The notes beneath the pieces were generated by a model, which worked only from the letters and a program-made list of their open reading frames with translations, ran no database searches and was not told where the DNA came from. Below, piece by piece: positions 53,660-64,000 of a stretch of DNA of 64,000 bases. How positions within the stretch are numbered: position 1 is the stretch's first letter; every line of letters begins with the position of its first letter. The stretch is taken from assembly GCA_951406725.2 (NCBI GenBank), contig OX597831.1, positions 19,096,001 through 19,160,000 of the forward strand. The letters run 5' to 3'. Made by a program: the position numbers and the translations under genes. This DNA comes from Octopus vulgaris (Eukaryota).

Positions 53660-53960
53660 CTACGCTTCACTAGTTTCAATCCTTAAACTGCAGTTATACA
53701 AGAATACCGACGTGAAGACATTTACTCCAACATGTCGCAGCTAATGCTCAAATTTGCGACTCGTACTTATTACGTCTTGATTCTCTCCCCTGAACCACTT
53801 ATTGACCAGGGCATAAACAATCTAACAACTGTTACAATGTTCACTCACAAGGCTTTTGTCAGTCCTAGCTTGTACTATGGGTCATTTGCGTAATTTGCCG
53901 CGTATGAGATTTCAGCTTGAACCAAAGGATTGCGAGATCAGCTTCTTATTGCACAGGTGC
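53660..53960 (-). mobile_element. Old, diverged copy of the tRNA-derived SINE
   Basis: Retains cactcacaaggctt and similar blocks in the family order. Confidence 0.55.
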
Positions 53961-54556
53961 TGATTGTTATGTGAATGCTTTTAAATTTAACTACAAAAAT
54001 CTAGTGATTACTTTGATAGGTTATACCCTTTCTTTTATACTATTGCCAGCGTGTTATGATTATTGAAGTCCATATGTATTACTGCGATATGCTATACTTA
54101 ACGCATGTTAACCTTTCTGTAATATTATCGTAACAACACCAGTTTATAGAACTTCATTTTTAAGGAAGCATTCTCTGAACGCGATAGTGTATATTTTAGA
54201 TTACAAGCAATGGTGACATGTATTACATATCTATCGCATCAACGTCACTGTAAATCGCTCTAATATTCCCCCTAGAGCATTGCAATATCATATTAATACG
54301 GGAGAGAGAAAGAGAGTGAGAAATCATGTAATATACGCTGTATCAGCACCTTAATGTGGCTGATGGCAAGAATAATAGAATCAAAGTATGCTGTAATGCT
54401 ACAATAAATTTAGCAGGTTTGGCATGGACGGTAGGCTGTTTGTTTTATCGTCAATTTAGTTTAATTGTAGTCTTATTCCAAAGGCTTCACATACTACCAC
54501 AATTGCGGTTATTAGAGAAAAATTGCCGGTATAACTATGAAACATATCTCTCAAAT

Positions 54557-54658
54557 TTACATAATCGTAATAATATATGGATGTGTCAGCATCAGTAGGA
54601 ACGTATTGCTTACCCCAATTCTGCTACCGGAAGTTTTTGGTTTCTTCGTCGTACCTGC
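54557..54658 (-). CDS. Gene C exon 4: AGTTKKPKTSGSRIGVSNTFLLMLTHPYIITIM* (GPI-signal-like)
   Basis: ctttgtttccag acceptor, phase 0; SG..IG.S..FLL is shared with exon 4 of gene A. Confidence 0.88.
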   Translation of the reverse strand, partial: AGTTKKPKTSGSRIGVSNTFLLMLTHPYIITIM

Positions 54659-55216
54659 CTGGAAACAAAGTATTGATATGTTGTGAAAACCATTCACACA
54701 TCATCAGAAACTTTTCCAACACAACATGACAAATGATAGAGTGTACTTTCTATTAAAAATCTTTCGAAACTTTATGGGCCTTCCCAACATCCTGATTGAT
54801 TTCGTCCACAAAACACACTGAGAGACTCCTGTACTTTCGGGAATAAAGCAAAAATATTTTTGAAAATTTATGAATTATTCAAATCCCCCTCCAACAGAAA
54901 ATACTGATTTTGGCCATTTTTTGTATTGCACTGCGCACTTAAAAACGATAGGAAACGCCTTTGAAGATCAAAAATAAAATCAAAATATATTGGAATCATT
55001 AAAATCCCCACTTGCTGCGTTTTCAAGCAGAAATATACCCAGAGGAAATTTATCGTTCTCTCCCCAATATACAAGCCATTATTCTATGCTCTTTTAATTG
55101 TCAGCAAGATAGCAAAGCAATTAGCATACCGGACAAAATGATTTTTGTTCCGAACGCAGTTTAAAATTCTGCCGCTGCCTGCATTCGCATTCATCATTTT
55201 GGTGTCGATAAAATAT

Positions 55217-55650
55217 CAGGTCACCCCATAAGTTCTGTCCGATTTTACCTTTTTTAAAATTGAATGAAATTGAATTGTATTTTAGAATGTCTAATAGAAT
55301 TAAAAATTAGTTTTATGCATTTGTGTCCATTTAAACTAATTAAATGTTATTTTACAGAATAATAGAATTAAAATTTCTTTGATTAAAATCCTTTCTAACA
55401 TGAAAGTATCAAGAGCATTTGAGGCACATAATGCTTTATGAGTAGAAAAAAGGGAACTCTGCCGCCGGAGAAATTTACACGCAGATTATGGGAAAGAATG
55501 CTTGAATGAAAAATTTTCCAGCAGATTTTTTGCAAAATTCAGAAGTGGAAATTTCAGGCTTGAAGATGAAGATCGAACAGGACGAATTGAAGAATTGTAA
55601 AGTTGGCAAAAAAGCATAGTTCAAAACATGCAACTGTTCATCGTCATGCA
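55217..55650 (+). mobile_element. 5' fragment of a mariner element in intron 3 of gene C
   Basis: TIR-like tcaggtcaccccataagttctgtccg; remnants EHLRHIMLYE and FAKFRSGNFRLEDEDRTGR. Confidence 0.75.
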
Positions 55651-55946
55651 CAGAGACTATTAGAGGAAATACTGCAAGCATGGTAGCTGCATCTATGATT
55701 GATTTTGTTACGTCATTGTCGGCAAGTTCTATTTTGCATTATTTTCTATTTAAAAAAAAAGAAACGTAACTAATTAACAAATACTTTCTTTACTCGATTA
55801 TTCCTTCAAAGGTGTATTTTGGAGCGGTTCATGTGATCTTATCTTTCTACAATGAAACTATTCTTTTTCAAACAATCGTTTCTATTTTAGTTAAGACGGG
55901 AAGTGTAAAAGAAATTAAACAAATAGGATTGATGCAAATGACTTAC

Positions 55947-56034
55947 CACACACTTATGGAAATGAACAAAGTCAAAAAATCTTCTACAATATCTGCCTAA
56001 TTCTTTCGTACATGCTTCAAACTTCTTGTACTCT
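55947..56034 (-). CDS. Gene C exon 3: (K)EYKKFEACTKELGRYCRRFFDFVHFHKCV
   Basis: ttcatctttcag acceptor, gtaagt donor, 88 nt, phase 2/0. Confidence 0.92.
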
Positions 56035-56843
56035 CTGAAAGATGAAAATATGATTGAATGTTCTCTTCTTATCTAAGTACAAGGACTGAAATTTGGCGGG
56101 GAAGGATGCCAGTCGATTAGCTCGACCTCAGTACGTAACTGGTACTTAATTTATCGACCCCGAAATTATGAAAGGCAAAGTTGACCCCAGTGGACATTTG
56201 AACTCAAAAAACATGATTAAATGTTATACATTCAGCGTTTTTGCTTTGTTTATAATTATACCCTCTAATTTCCTCTAATATCAACTCTATTCCGGGCTGA
56301 AACTCTCTTTTTCTGTGGGTGAATCATAAGTAGCAAGATCAAATGCAATACTCGGGTATTTCAAAAATATAAACTCTCAAACACGTAGTTTAGTAACAAT
56401 AGGCAACACCGCAAGAAAGAACATTATTTCAGCCAGATATATTATCCAGGCATTGGACTTTTGAAGTTGTGGAAACAAACCTAGTGAAATTTCGTTTCAA
56501 TATAAATAAAAAATACGTGCTATGATTCACATTTAAGTGAGTGCTGCCTAACACATTCTGTGGGGTCATTTCTCTTATTTGAAATGGGTATGTAAACAAC
56601 CAAAATACCGTTCGAGTGGCCCAATACACTTTGTTCAAACTAGTTTAGTTTAAACCATACTAATATAATGTCTCAACAATTGTAAACGGATAAAAAGTTA
56701 TAGTCAGTTTCATCGACTGAATACTATTTAATTATATCGATCATATTGAAAACAATACAAGCTTTAGACAACAAACATCTGCCATAAAATTACTAGATTA
56801 TTCCTAACCGTAACATCAAGAGTAGCAGTACGATCGTATATAC

Positions 56844-56934
56844 TTGCAGAATTTCGTTGTCGAATCAATTGCTGGATAGCTTGACGCACACTTCGATGAG
56901 GCCTCTTGACTGCATTGAATTGACAACGCAACAT
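56844..56934 (-). CDS. Gene C exon 2: (D)VALSIQCSQEASSKCASSYPAIDSTTKFC
   Basis: atttttag acceptor, gtatat donor, 91 nt, phase 1/2. Confidence 0.92.
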
Positions 56935-58130
56935 CTAAAAATTTGAAAATGTATTTGAAATTCTGAAATTATTTTTACGACACTGAGTTTATGCTGCAAA
57001 ACAAAACCATAATTTCCGTTTATGTTCAATTCCTATTACTAAGAGGAGAGACATATGGCGGTTGTTGGCCTGATTTTGCGAAGTTATGCGTATGAGGTTA
57101 ACGTTTCAAAATGTTTCGTGTTGGGTAGAACATTTTTCAGGGTATTTCACAATGGTCCAATCTGCAAATTGTTTCTCATAATTTTTTTAATAATTCTCAA
57201 ACTAATAAGTGTGTGATTTAAGGTCGAATTAGCTGTTTTTTTTAGTAAATCCAACAAACACCTGATACCTTTCTCATTTCTTTCTCATATGTATTGATAT
57301 GTTTTTAATATTTTGCCCCCCAAAACTCATTTTAGCGAATGATGGTGCAGTGATTAATTGTCGGGATTTAAGCAAAGCAAAAATAAAAAAATAAAAGTAA
57401 TTGAAATTTCTGATCAGCCCATCCTGCCCCAAGAGGGGCGGTTAGAAAAAGCAAAGTTACTATTCTATGAAAACAAATTATTTTTCACAAAACATTTTTA
57501 GAACACCCTATCACCCTAATGAAAGTCTTTGCACATATGTATACACACATACTGAGAAGCACGCAATGAGCTTGAGCTATATACGTTTATGGAGAATGAG
57601 AATGTAGAAAAAATGTATTGAGAGGGGGAATGTTTACCATGAAAATAGCAAAAAAATGAATGTAATAGAGAAAGAGAGATTACTTCTCTGTTGCAGATTT
57701 TGAAATTTTAAACTTAAAATTTTTCAAATTTGATACATTGATGTAGCTTTACTCGTTGAATTCGAATTTGTGATTAATTTATTCCTTAATTGTTTAGTAA
57801 AATGTTGTAAGTTTTAACATTTTGAATATCTATTTGAATATCTATTTGTACAGGATAGGTGTGATAAAATGAAAGTAAAATTTAGAATACGAAGCATTCC
57901 AACGACACAATACATATGCGCAGAGACAGCGTAATCAAGAGTGTGGTGTATAAGTGAAAGACAGATAGATAGAAGGAGGGGAAGACAGGGAATTAGAGAA
58001 AGACTGCAAGAGAGTTGTCGATCTAGAAGTTGAGTTATGTTTCGTACATTGTGACGCAGATTTCGCGAATTAAATTCGATTTATGCCTAGCTGCATATAT
58101 TCGCATTTATATAGTGTATATATACAGGGT

Positions 58131-58850
58131 CCTATGCCTTCAGAACGTCCGACGACGGAGTGTTCCTCCACACCAGGGCTGATGGTGGATTGTTCAATCT
58201 TGCGCGCCTCAGAGCTAAGACCAAAGACCGTCAGGTGCTGATCAGAGAGATCCTCTTTGCTGACGATGCCGCCCTAACATCACACAACCAGCCGGGTCTC
58301 CAGAGGCTTGTCAGCTCCCTAGCGGATGCCTGCCAAGAGTTCGGCCTTACCATCGACCTGAAAAAGACAGAGATCATGGGCCAGGACGTCGGAGGGGTCC
58401 CCAGCATCAGTGTCGGCGACCACAGCTTGCAGGACGGTCGCATGCCTAAAGACATCCTGTACAGCGAACTTACCACGGGATCCCGACCCAAGGGACGTCC
58501 ACAGCTACGATACAGGGATGTGTGCAAGCGCGACCTGAGGACTGCCAACATCTGTGTGGACACGTGGGAGGTAACAACTGCTGACCGCTCTGCCTGGCGT
58601 CGGACAGTGAGGAAAGGCGTTTCCATGGCTGAGGAAAGGAGAGAACAGCTGTGGTCGGACAGGCGGGACAGGAGGAGGACAACTGCAGCAACACCCCACA
58701 CGTACCCATCGATGTTCGTGTGCAGCAACTGTACCAGGGACTGCCACTCTAGAATTGGACTGTTCAGTCACAGCAGACGCTGCTCATCATCAAAGTAGGC
58801 CCCACCCTTGGCGCGACCCATTGTCTATCAAGACAGACGGGGAAAAGAAG
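58131..58850 (+). mobile_element. 5'-truncated, internally deleted RTE-clade LINE with an 11-bp TSD (atatacagggt)
   Basis: LFNLARLRAKTK, LFADDAAL, DGRMPKDILYSEL and CHSRIGLFSHSRRC; TSD at 58120-58130 and 58851-58861. Confidence 0.92.
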
Positions 58851-58855
58851 ATATA

Positions 58856-60136
58856 CAGGGTGGGGAAGCAAAATTTACAATATTTTGAGGCAGGGATTGA
58901 AAGACATTGTATGACTAATTAGTTTATTGAAAGTCATGAGAATTATTTGCCACAAGAAAATTTACATAACAGAAAATGTTTTTATTCTGTGTCCTTTCTC
59001 AATAACTGCCATTACACGCTTCCTGGATCTTGTGCAAGTGTTCCTCAAATATTTGGGAGACGAAGTCTCCCATTCTTCTTTAATAGTATCTTTAAGAGAG
59101 TCGACATTACTGTGTGATGTTCTATTGGTAGCATGTTCTAAAACGCCCCAAATAGCATAATCCAGAGGGTTTAGATCTGGGCTAGAAGGTGGCCATAAAC
59201 AGGATTCCCAAAAATTGCTAAAGTTGGATTTGCAGAAATCTTGTATTTTTCTAGCTGTGTGGGCTGGAGCACCATCCTGTGTCTATACATAATTGCCATC
59301 TGGGTAGTTTGCTTTAAGCCATGGCAATAGCTGGTATATCAGAGTCTTGTGGTAAGTATTAACATTGATCTTTTCATAAGCTTTGTAGAAATTTATACGC
59401 ACTTTATTTTTATCAGAAGCCACAACACCAAAAGCCATATCTTGAGCAGGATGTTTTGTTTTGAATGTCCCCTTAACCTCAGCTGTTGATTTTGCAATAA
59501 ATCTGCCATTTCTGCGGTTCAGAACAGCATTGTCACTGAAGATCTTCTCATCTAAAAAGATCTTTACAATGGAGGACTTTTTCTTGAACCATGTAATAAT
59601 TTTCTTGCACCTTTCCAATCTCTTTTCCATCATAGCTGTTGTCAACAAGTGTTTTGGTGTTCTTGTGTACGATTTTAACCTCAAATCATATATTACTGCA
59701 TTTCTAATGGTCTTGTTGACTACCTCAAGTTCAGTTGCCATTTTTCTCATGGATTTGGTTGGATCCTTTAGGAATTTGGATTTCAGAGCTTTAATAAAAG
59801 CTTTGGTACATATTTGTTGATTCCTCCACTTCCAGACCTCCTCATAATAGTTTTGCTCATAGTCATTCTATTCTTTACATTATAAACAGTCTTTATGGAC
59901 ACTCCAACTATCCTTGAAATCTCCTTTAGTGTGACGAGTGCATTCACCAAATCACACACTCTTTGACATTTGCTTTCCTGATTACTCATATGGGTAAATG
60001 TTTCTGAAAAGGTAACGATAATAGTGTTAGATATGATTACGACATCAATATATGCTAGGTTTCAAAACAATTGACTTAGTGCCTGCTGAGAAAAAAAACA
60101 ACTTATCGTTCATTGTAAATTTTGCTTCCCCATCCC

Positions 60137-60137
<1 letters not shown>
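58856..60137 (-). mobile_element. maT-family (DD37D) Tc1/mariner transposon with disrupted transposase
   Basis: TIRs cagggtggggaagcaaaatttacaat / attgtaaattttgcttccccatcccg; DEK, QDGAPAH and SPDLNPLDY with 37 residues between the second and third D. Confidence 0.93.
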
Positions 60138-60182
<45 letters not shown>

Positions 60183-61016
60183 AGATCTATTTGAATTAGA
60201 TGCTTAAGTTGAAACACCAAATTAGTGCGGTGTGATCCGGACAACTCAAACTAAGGCGAATACGATCAAATTAAGCAACAAGATATCAAGAGGTGATGCA
60301 GTACTACGACCGTTTCAAGCTGCTCCATGTAATTAAACAATGCTATCATTACATCAATTTAAATGCAGGGCTATTCACATCTGCGTAAATAAATAAAAAA
60401 TAATTTTTAATCAGATTGACATATTAGGCGCAGGAGTTGCTCTGTAATGATACTAAGTGTGCCGTAATAAAATCAAACACGCATCCAAATTTACTGTTCG
60501 AATAACAAATTTATGTTAACTTATTTTAGATTAACATAGGTTATATTGATCCCAGAAACTTGGAAATGAATCATCTGCATCACTATACTAAACAAAGCTG
60601 AAATTTGACGTTGATCTATTGCTTAAACAATTAATTCTTCGGCAAACAGTCACCACAAACATGTCTCGGTACTGGTGACCTACAAATGTTCTAGCATTCT
60701 CCATTACATCTTCGTTTAGACTCACTCTTGCCTCAAAATGTTACCCCACATTCTACGTTCCCACCTTTAGCAGATGAATTTTACTATATTGAAAACAGTG
60801 CTAAAATTTGACAACATGAACCTACACAAATTGATTTACAATCAATTTATACAAAAGCTGTGCAGCCGTTCACGTATTCATCTAACGGTGTCAACGTGTC
60901 ACTGTAGAAATAGGAAGCTATTACCATCTGTCCAATATGAAACAAAATACCCGAAGGAAATTATGAGTAGAAACCAACAAGATGGCTACCGTTAGATGGC
61001 ATGCAATGGGTTATAA

Positions 61017-61082
<66 letters not shown>

Positions 61083-61084
<2 letters not shown>

Positions 61085-62130
61085 CATTCTCAGCGGATAC
61101 TCCAATAGGGTTTGTGTGTCAATCTGAGGACAGTGCAGAGGATTCGTAATGAAATGGATGTGTCTAATTGGGAATACGAAGGAACGGCAGATCGGAAAAC
61201 TGACTATGAACGTTCTCATAAGAAAAGAACTCCTGAATTTATTGGTAAGATCCGGGCAATGATTAATAACGATCCCTCCATGTCAATTAGGTCCATCGGT
61301 TAGGGACATGGGATTGATTGTTTGAGTTTCTTATCAGGCAGGTAGTGTATGAAGATATTCCATATTCCTTATACAAGATTCGAAAGGGCCATAAAGGGCG
61401 AGAGGGCCATCAAGGGCGAAAGGGTCATGAAACAGAAGAAACAAAACGCGCTACGAAGCTTTGGAACAAACTCAAGTGTCCCCTCCAACAAAGCATGCTT
61501 TGGAATGTCTCCAACGAGAAAAATTTCTACCAGGACCAGATGGTGAGCATACAAAACAACCGTTGTCTTACTATGTTCCTAAAACATGAATCGATTGTGA
61601 TAAAAATTAAACTTTTAGTCAATATTATGGCGTTTCGAGTGATCACTAGTGATGGCGACGTTATGCCTCCATTCATCTTCCCACGTGGTCTCAGATTCAA
61701 CACGGATGCCTTCATCAAGAGCTTGAAGGTAATAGCAGAACCCAGTTATGTCTGTCGAACAATTTCTGCGATCACATCGCTCCTAAAATCTAGCCACCTA
61801 ACGTTCCAGACCGCAACCCATTTGATCATCATATGTGGGGTACAGTTGAGCGAGAAACCAATAAAACTCCTTGTAACCAAAGATAAACCAAAGATAAAGG
61901 CAAAGATTATTGACCGACTTAATCAAAGAGTGTTTCCAGAAATGTTGCAGGAGTTTCCGAAGTCATCTGGAAGCTCTGACTGAAATTAATGGCGATTTCA
62001 TTGAATGAATTTACTCTTTAGTATTTCAATATATTTTTTTGTAATTTTGGTAAATATATCTGTTAAAATGAGATGTCAGTGATATTTTCGTTTTTGCGTA
62101 ATTTAGGGACAATTTGATCACCACACCCTG
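61083..62130 (+). mobile_element. Decayed maT/Tc1-like transposon, 5' end missing
   Basis: VNLRTVQRIR, KKRTPEFI, DPSMSIRSI and VITSDGDVMPPFIF remnants; ends caccctg-ta. Confidence 0.8.
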
Positions 62131-62462
62131 TATGCATGTGTGTGCGCGGGGTGTGTTTATGCGTGTGTTAATAATTCTAAGTTCATTTGCGTATAAATAT
62201 TTCAGTTTGTCCTATAAAGTTCATCCAATGAAAGTGTCTCTGTCTCTCTGACATGTACAATTCACTCTAACTGAGAAGATTTTTACTACAAAAAAGCTAC
62301 AAAATTATATCAATGATTTCTGATCAAGAAAAGCAGTTTTGAGGAACATACTTTCAAAACATTGCATAATATATTTATATAGTCAGAAAGATCAAGTTCA
62401 AGTCAAACAATTATAAATTGTTATAATCAAAGGAAAAGCTCACATCATTTCCCCCTTTCTCG

Positions 62463-62531
<69 letters not shown>

Positions 62532-63605
62532 CCATAGCAGGCGTTGGAGTGTATATTGATTTAGTGTCGTTTACTTCAACAAACTTCGAATACCACCGCA
62601 CTACCATAGTAGTATAAGGGCCTACCTTGATAAGATGGATTAGACAAAGTATATCAACTACATTTATAGGACCTCAGGTCACTAATCTCTTGGTGAGTAT
62701 CGCCTGCTGGCAATATTTTCCCGTTGATAAATATAAGTATGCAAAGTTTCTATGTTCGTACAGCTTTCCCGCGTACGGAATTTACATTGTCTATAATTTA
62801 GCAAACACTTTCCATGCTCACAACATTTATTTTTTTAAAAAATATTATTTTCGGCTTTAAACGAGCAACCGTCGATGAATTAAGAATAGTCGTTGAAAGG
62901 TAATACGCAGAAATGCATAACAATGTTTTCTTTCTTTTTTTTCTTTTTTTTTTGCATTTCAGTTGCTTCAGGTTAGCAACTGGAGGAGCACCAGAGAGCA
63001 GATTGATTTGAAAAAAATACCTTTAAAAAATTCAAATTGTGTCTGTAGATTACTTTTTGAAAATAGAATGCATTTCAATAAAAACAATGCTGATCCATCA
63101 GACATTCTATGCGGGTATGTGGACGGAAATCTTTAGAAAGTATTCTGTGTATATTAATATATGTATATCACCGAACCTGGAGCTTAACTATAGTCTATTA
63201 GTGTATGCATATTTACTCATCATTACCTGATACCTTTGGGTCTTATTGACATTACATCTCATAAACCCCCTATATGTATATATATATATACATATATATA
63301 TAAAGATATATAGATAGAGATAGATAGATAGATAAGTATACGTGTATGTATATATATATGTTTATGAATATATATATATATTTATATATATATATATATG
63401 TATATATGTATATGTACACATATGCATATATATTCTTATATGTATATTCAGATAGATATGTATGTATATACATGAACATATATATTTATATGTATATATG
63501 CATATATACGTATATATATATATGTGTGTGTGTGTGTATGTGTGTGCGCGTGTGTCCCTGCGTTTGTTTTTTTTATGCGTGCGCGCTCTTATGTGTGTGT
63601 GTATT

Positions 63606-63650
<45 letters not shown>

Positions 63651-63778
63651 AAACCAGGACTAAAATCAAGTGACAGATTGGATATGTTCATTTGTTACTG
63701 CTACTGTCTCCATATTCCATGCAACAAATGAAAAAGAGTAAAGACAAATTCAGATTTAATCCTCGTATGGCTACTTAC

Positions 63779-63815
63779 CAACAGTGAGAAGCAAAAGAAA
63801 TATAAAATATTTCAT
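63779..63815 (-). CDS. Gene C exon 1 (signal peptide): MKYFIFLLLLTV; spliced product 105 aa
   Basis: aagATG, 12 codons + 1 nt, gtaagtagc donor; joins in phase to exon 2 (MKYFIFLLLLTVDVALS-IQC). Confidence 0.9.
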
Positions 63816-63877
63816 CTTGATTTTTCGCTTTGAATTCAACTCCTCTTCATATTGTGACAACGTACACGTATCTTTTA

Positions 63878-63885
63878 CTTATATA
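63878..63885 (-). promoter_or_regulatory. TATA box of gene C (TATATAAG)
   Basis: 63 nt upstream of the ATG, the same spacing as in genes A and B. Confidence 0.7.
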
Positions 63886-64000
63886 TAATTAAGAATTGTG
63901 TAACACCTGTTTAAACCGAACAACACGACATATAAATTTCATATATGACATGTGGTAGTACTTGAATTGTTATTTTTATGAATAGTAGTTGGTACGTTAT

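Overview
AT-rich, repeat-dense eukaryotic DNA with many (TA)n tracts. The tRNA-derived SINE family suggests an octopus or other cephalopod genome (inference). Most long ORFs belong to transposons: two APE-RT LINEs (one with an uninterrupted ORF), several Penelope-like elements (PLEs), Tc1/mariner/maT DNA transposons, a Gypsy relic, an RTE fragment and a Chapaev-like relic. Manual reading shows two systems the ORF track misses. (1) A minus-strand tandem cluster of a small 4-exon gene family encoding signal-peptide, 6-cysteine, probably GPI-anchored proteins: copies A and C are intact, B has lost its ATG, and D is a decayed remnant. (2) More than ten type-I hammerhead ribozyme motifs with palindromic stem III, sitting in PLE-type LTRs, fold-back elements and a ~587-bp retrozyme-like tandem array; one variant carries a compensatory G3:C8 core. 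Coordinates were counted by hand, and no database searches were run.
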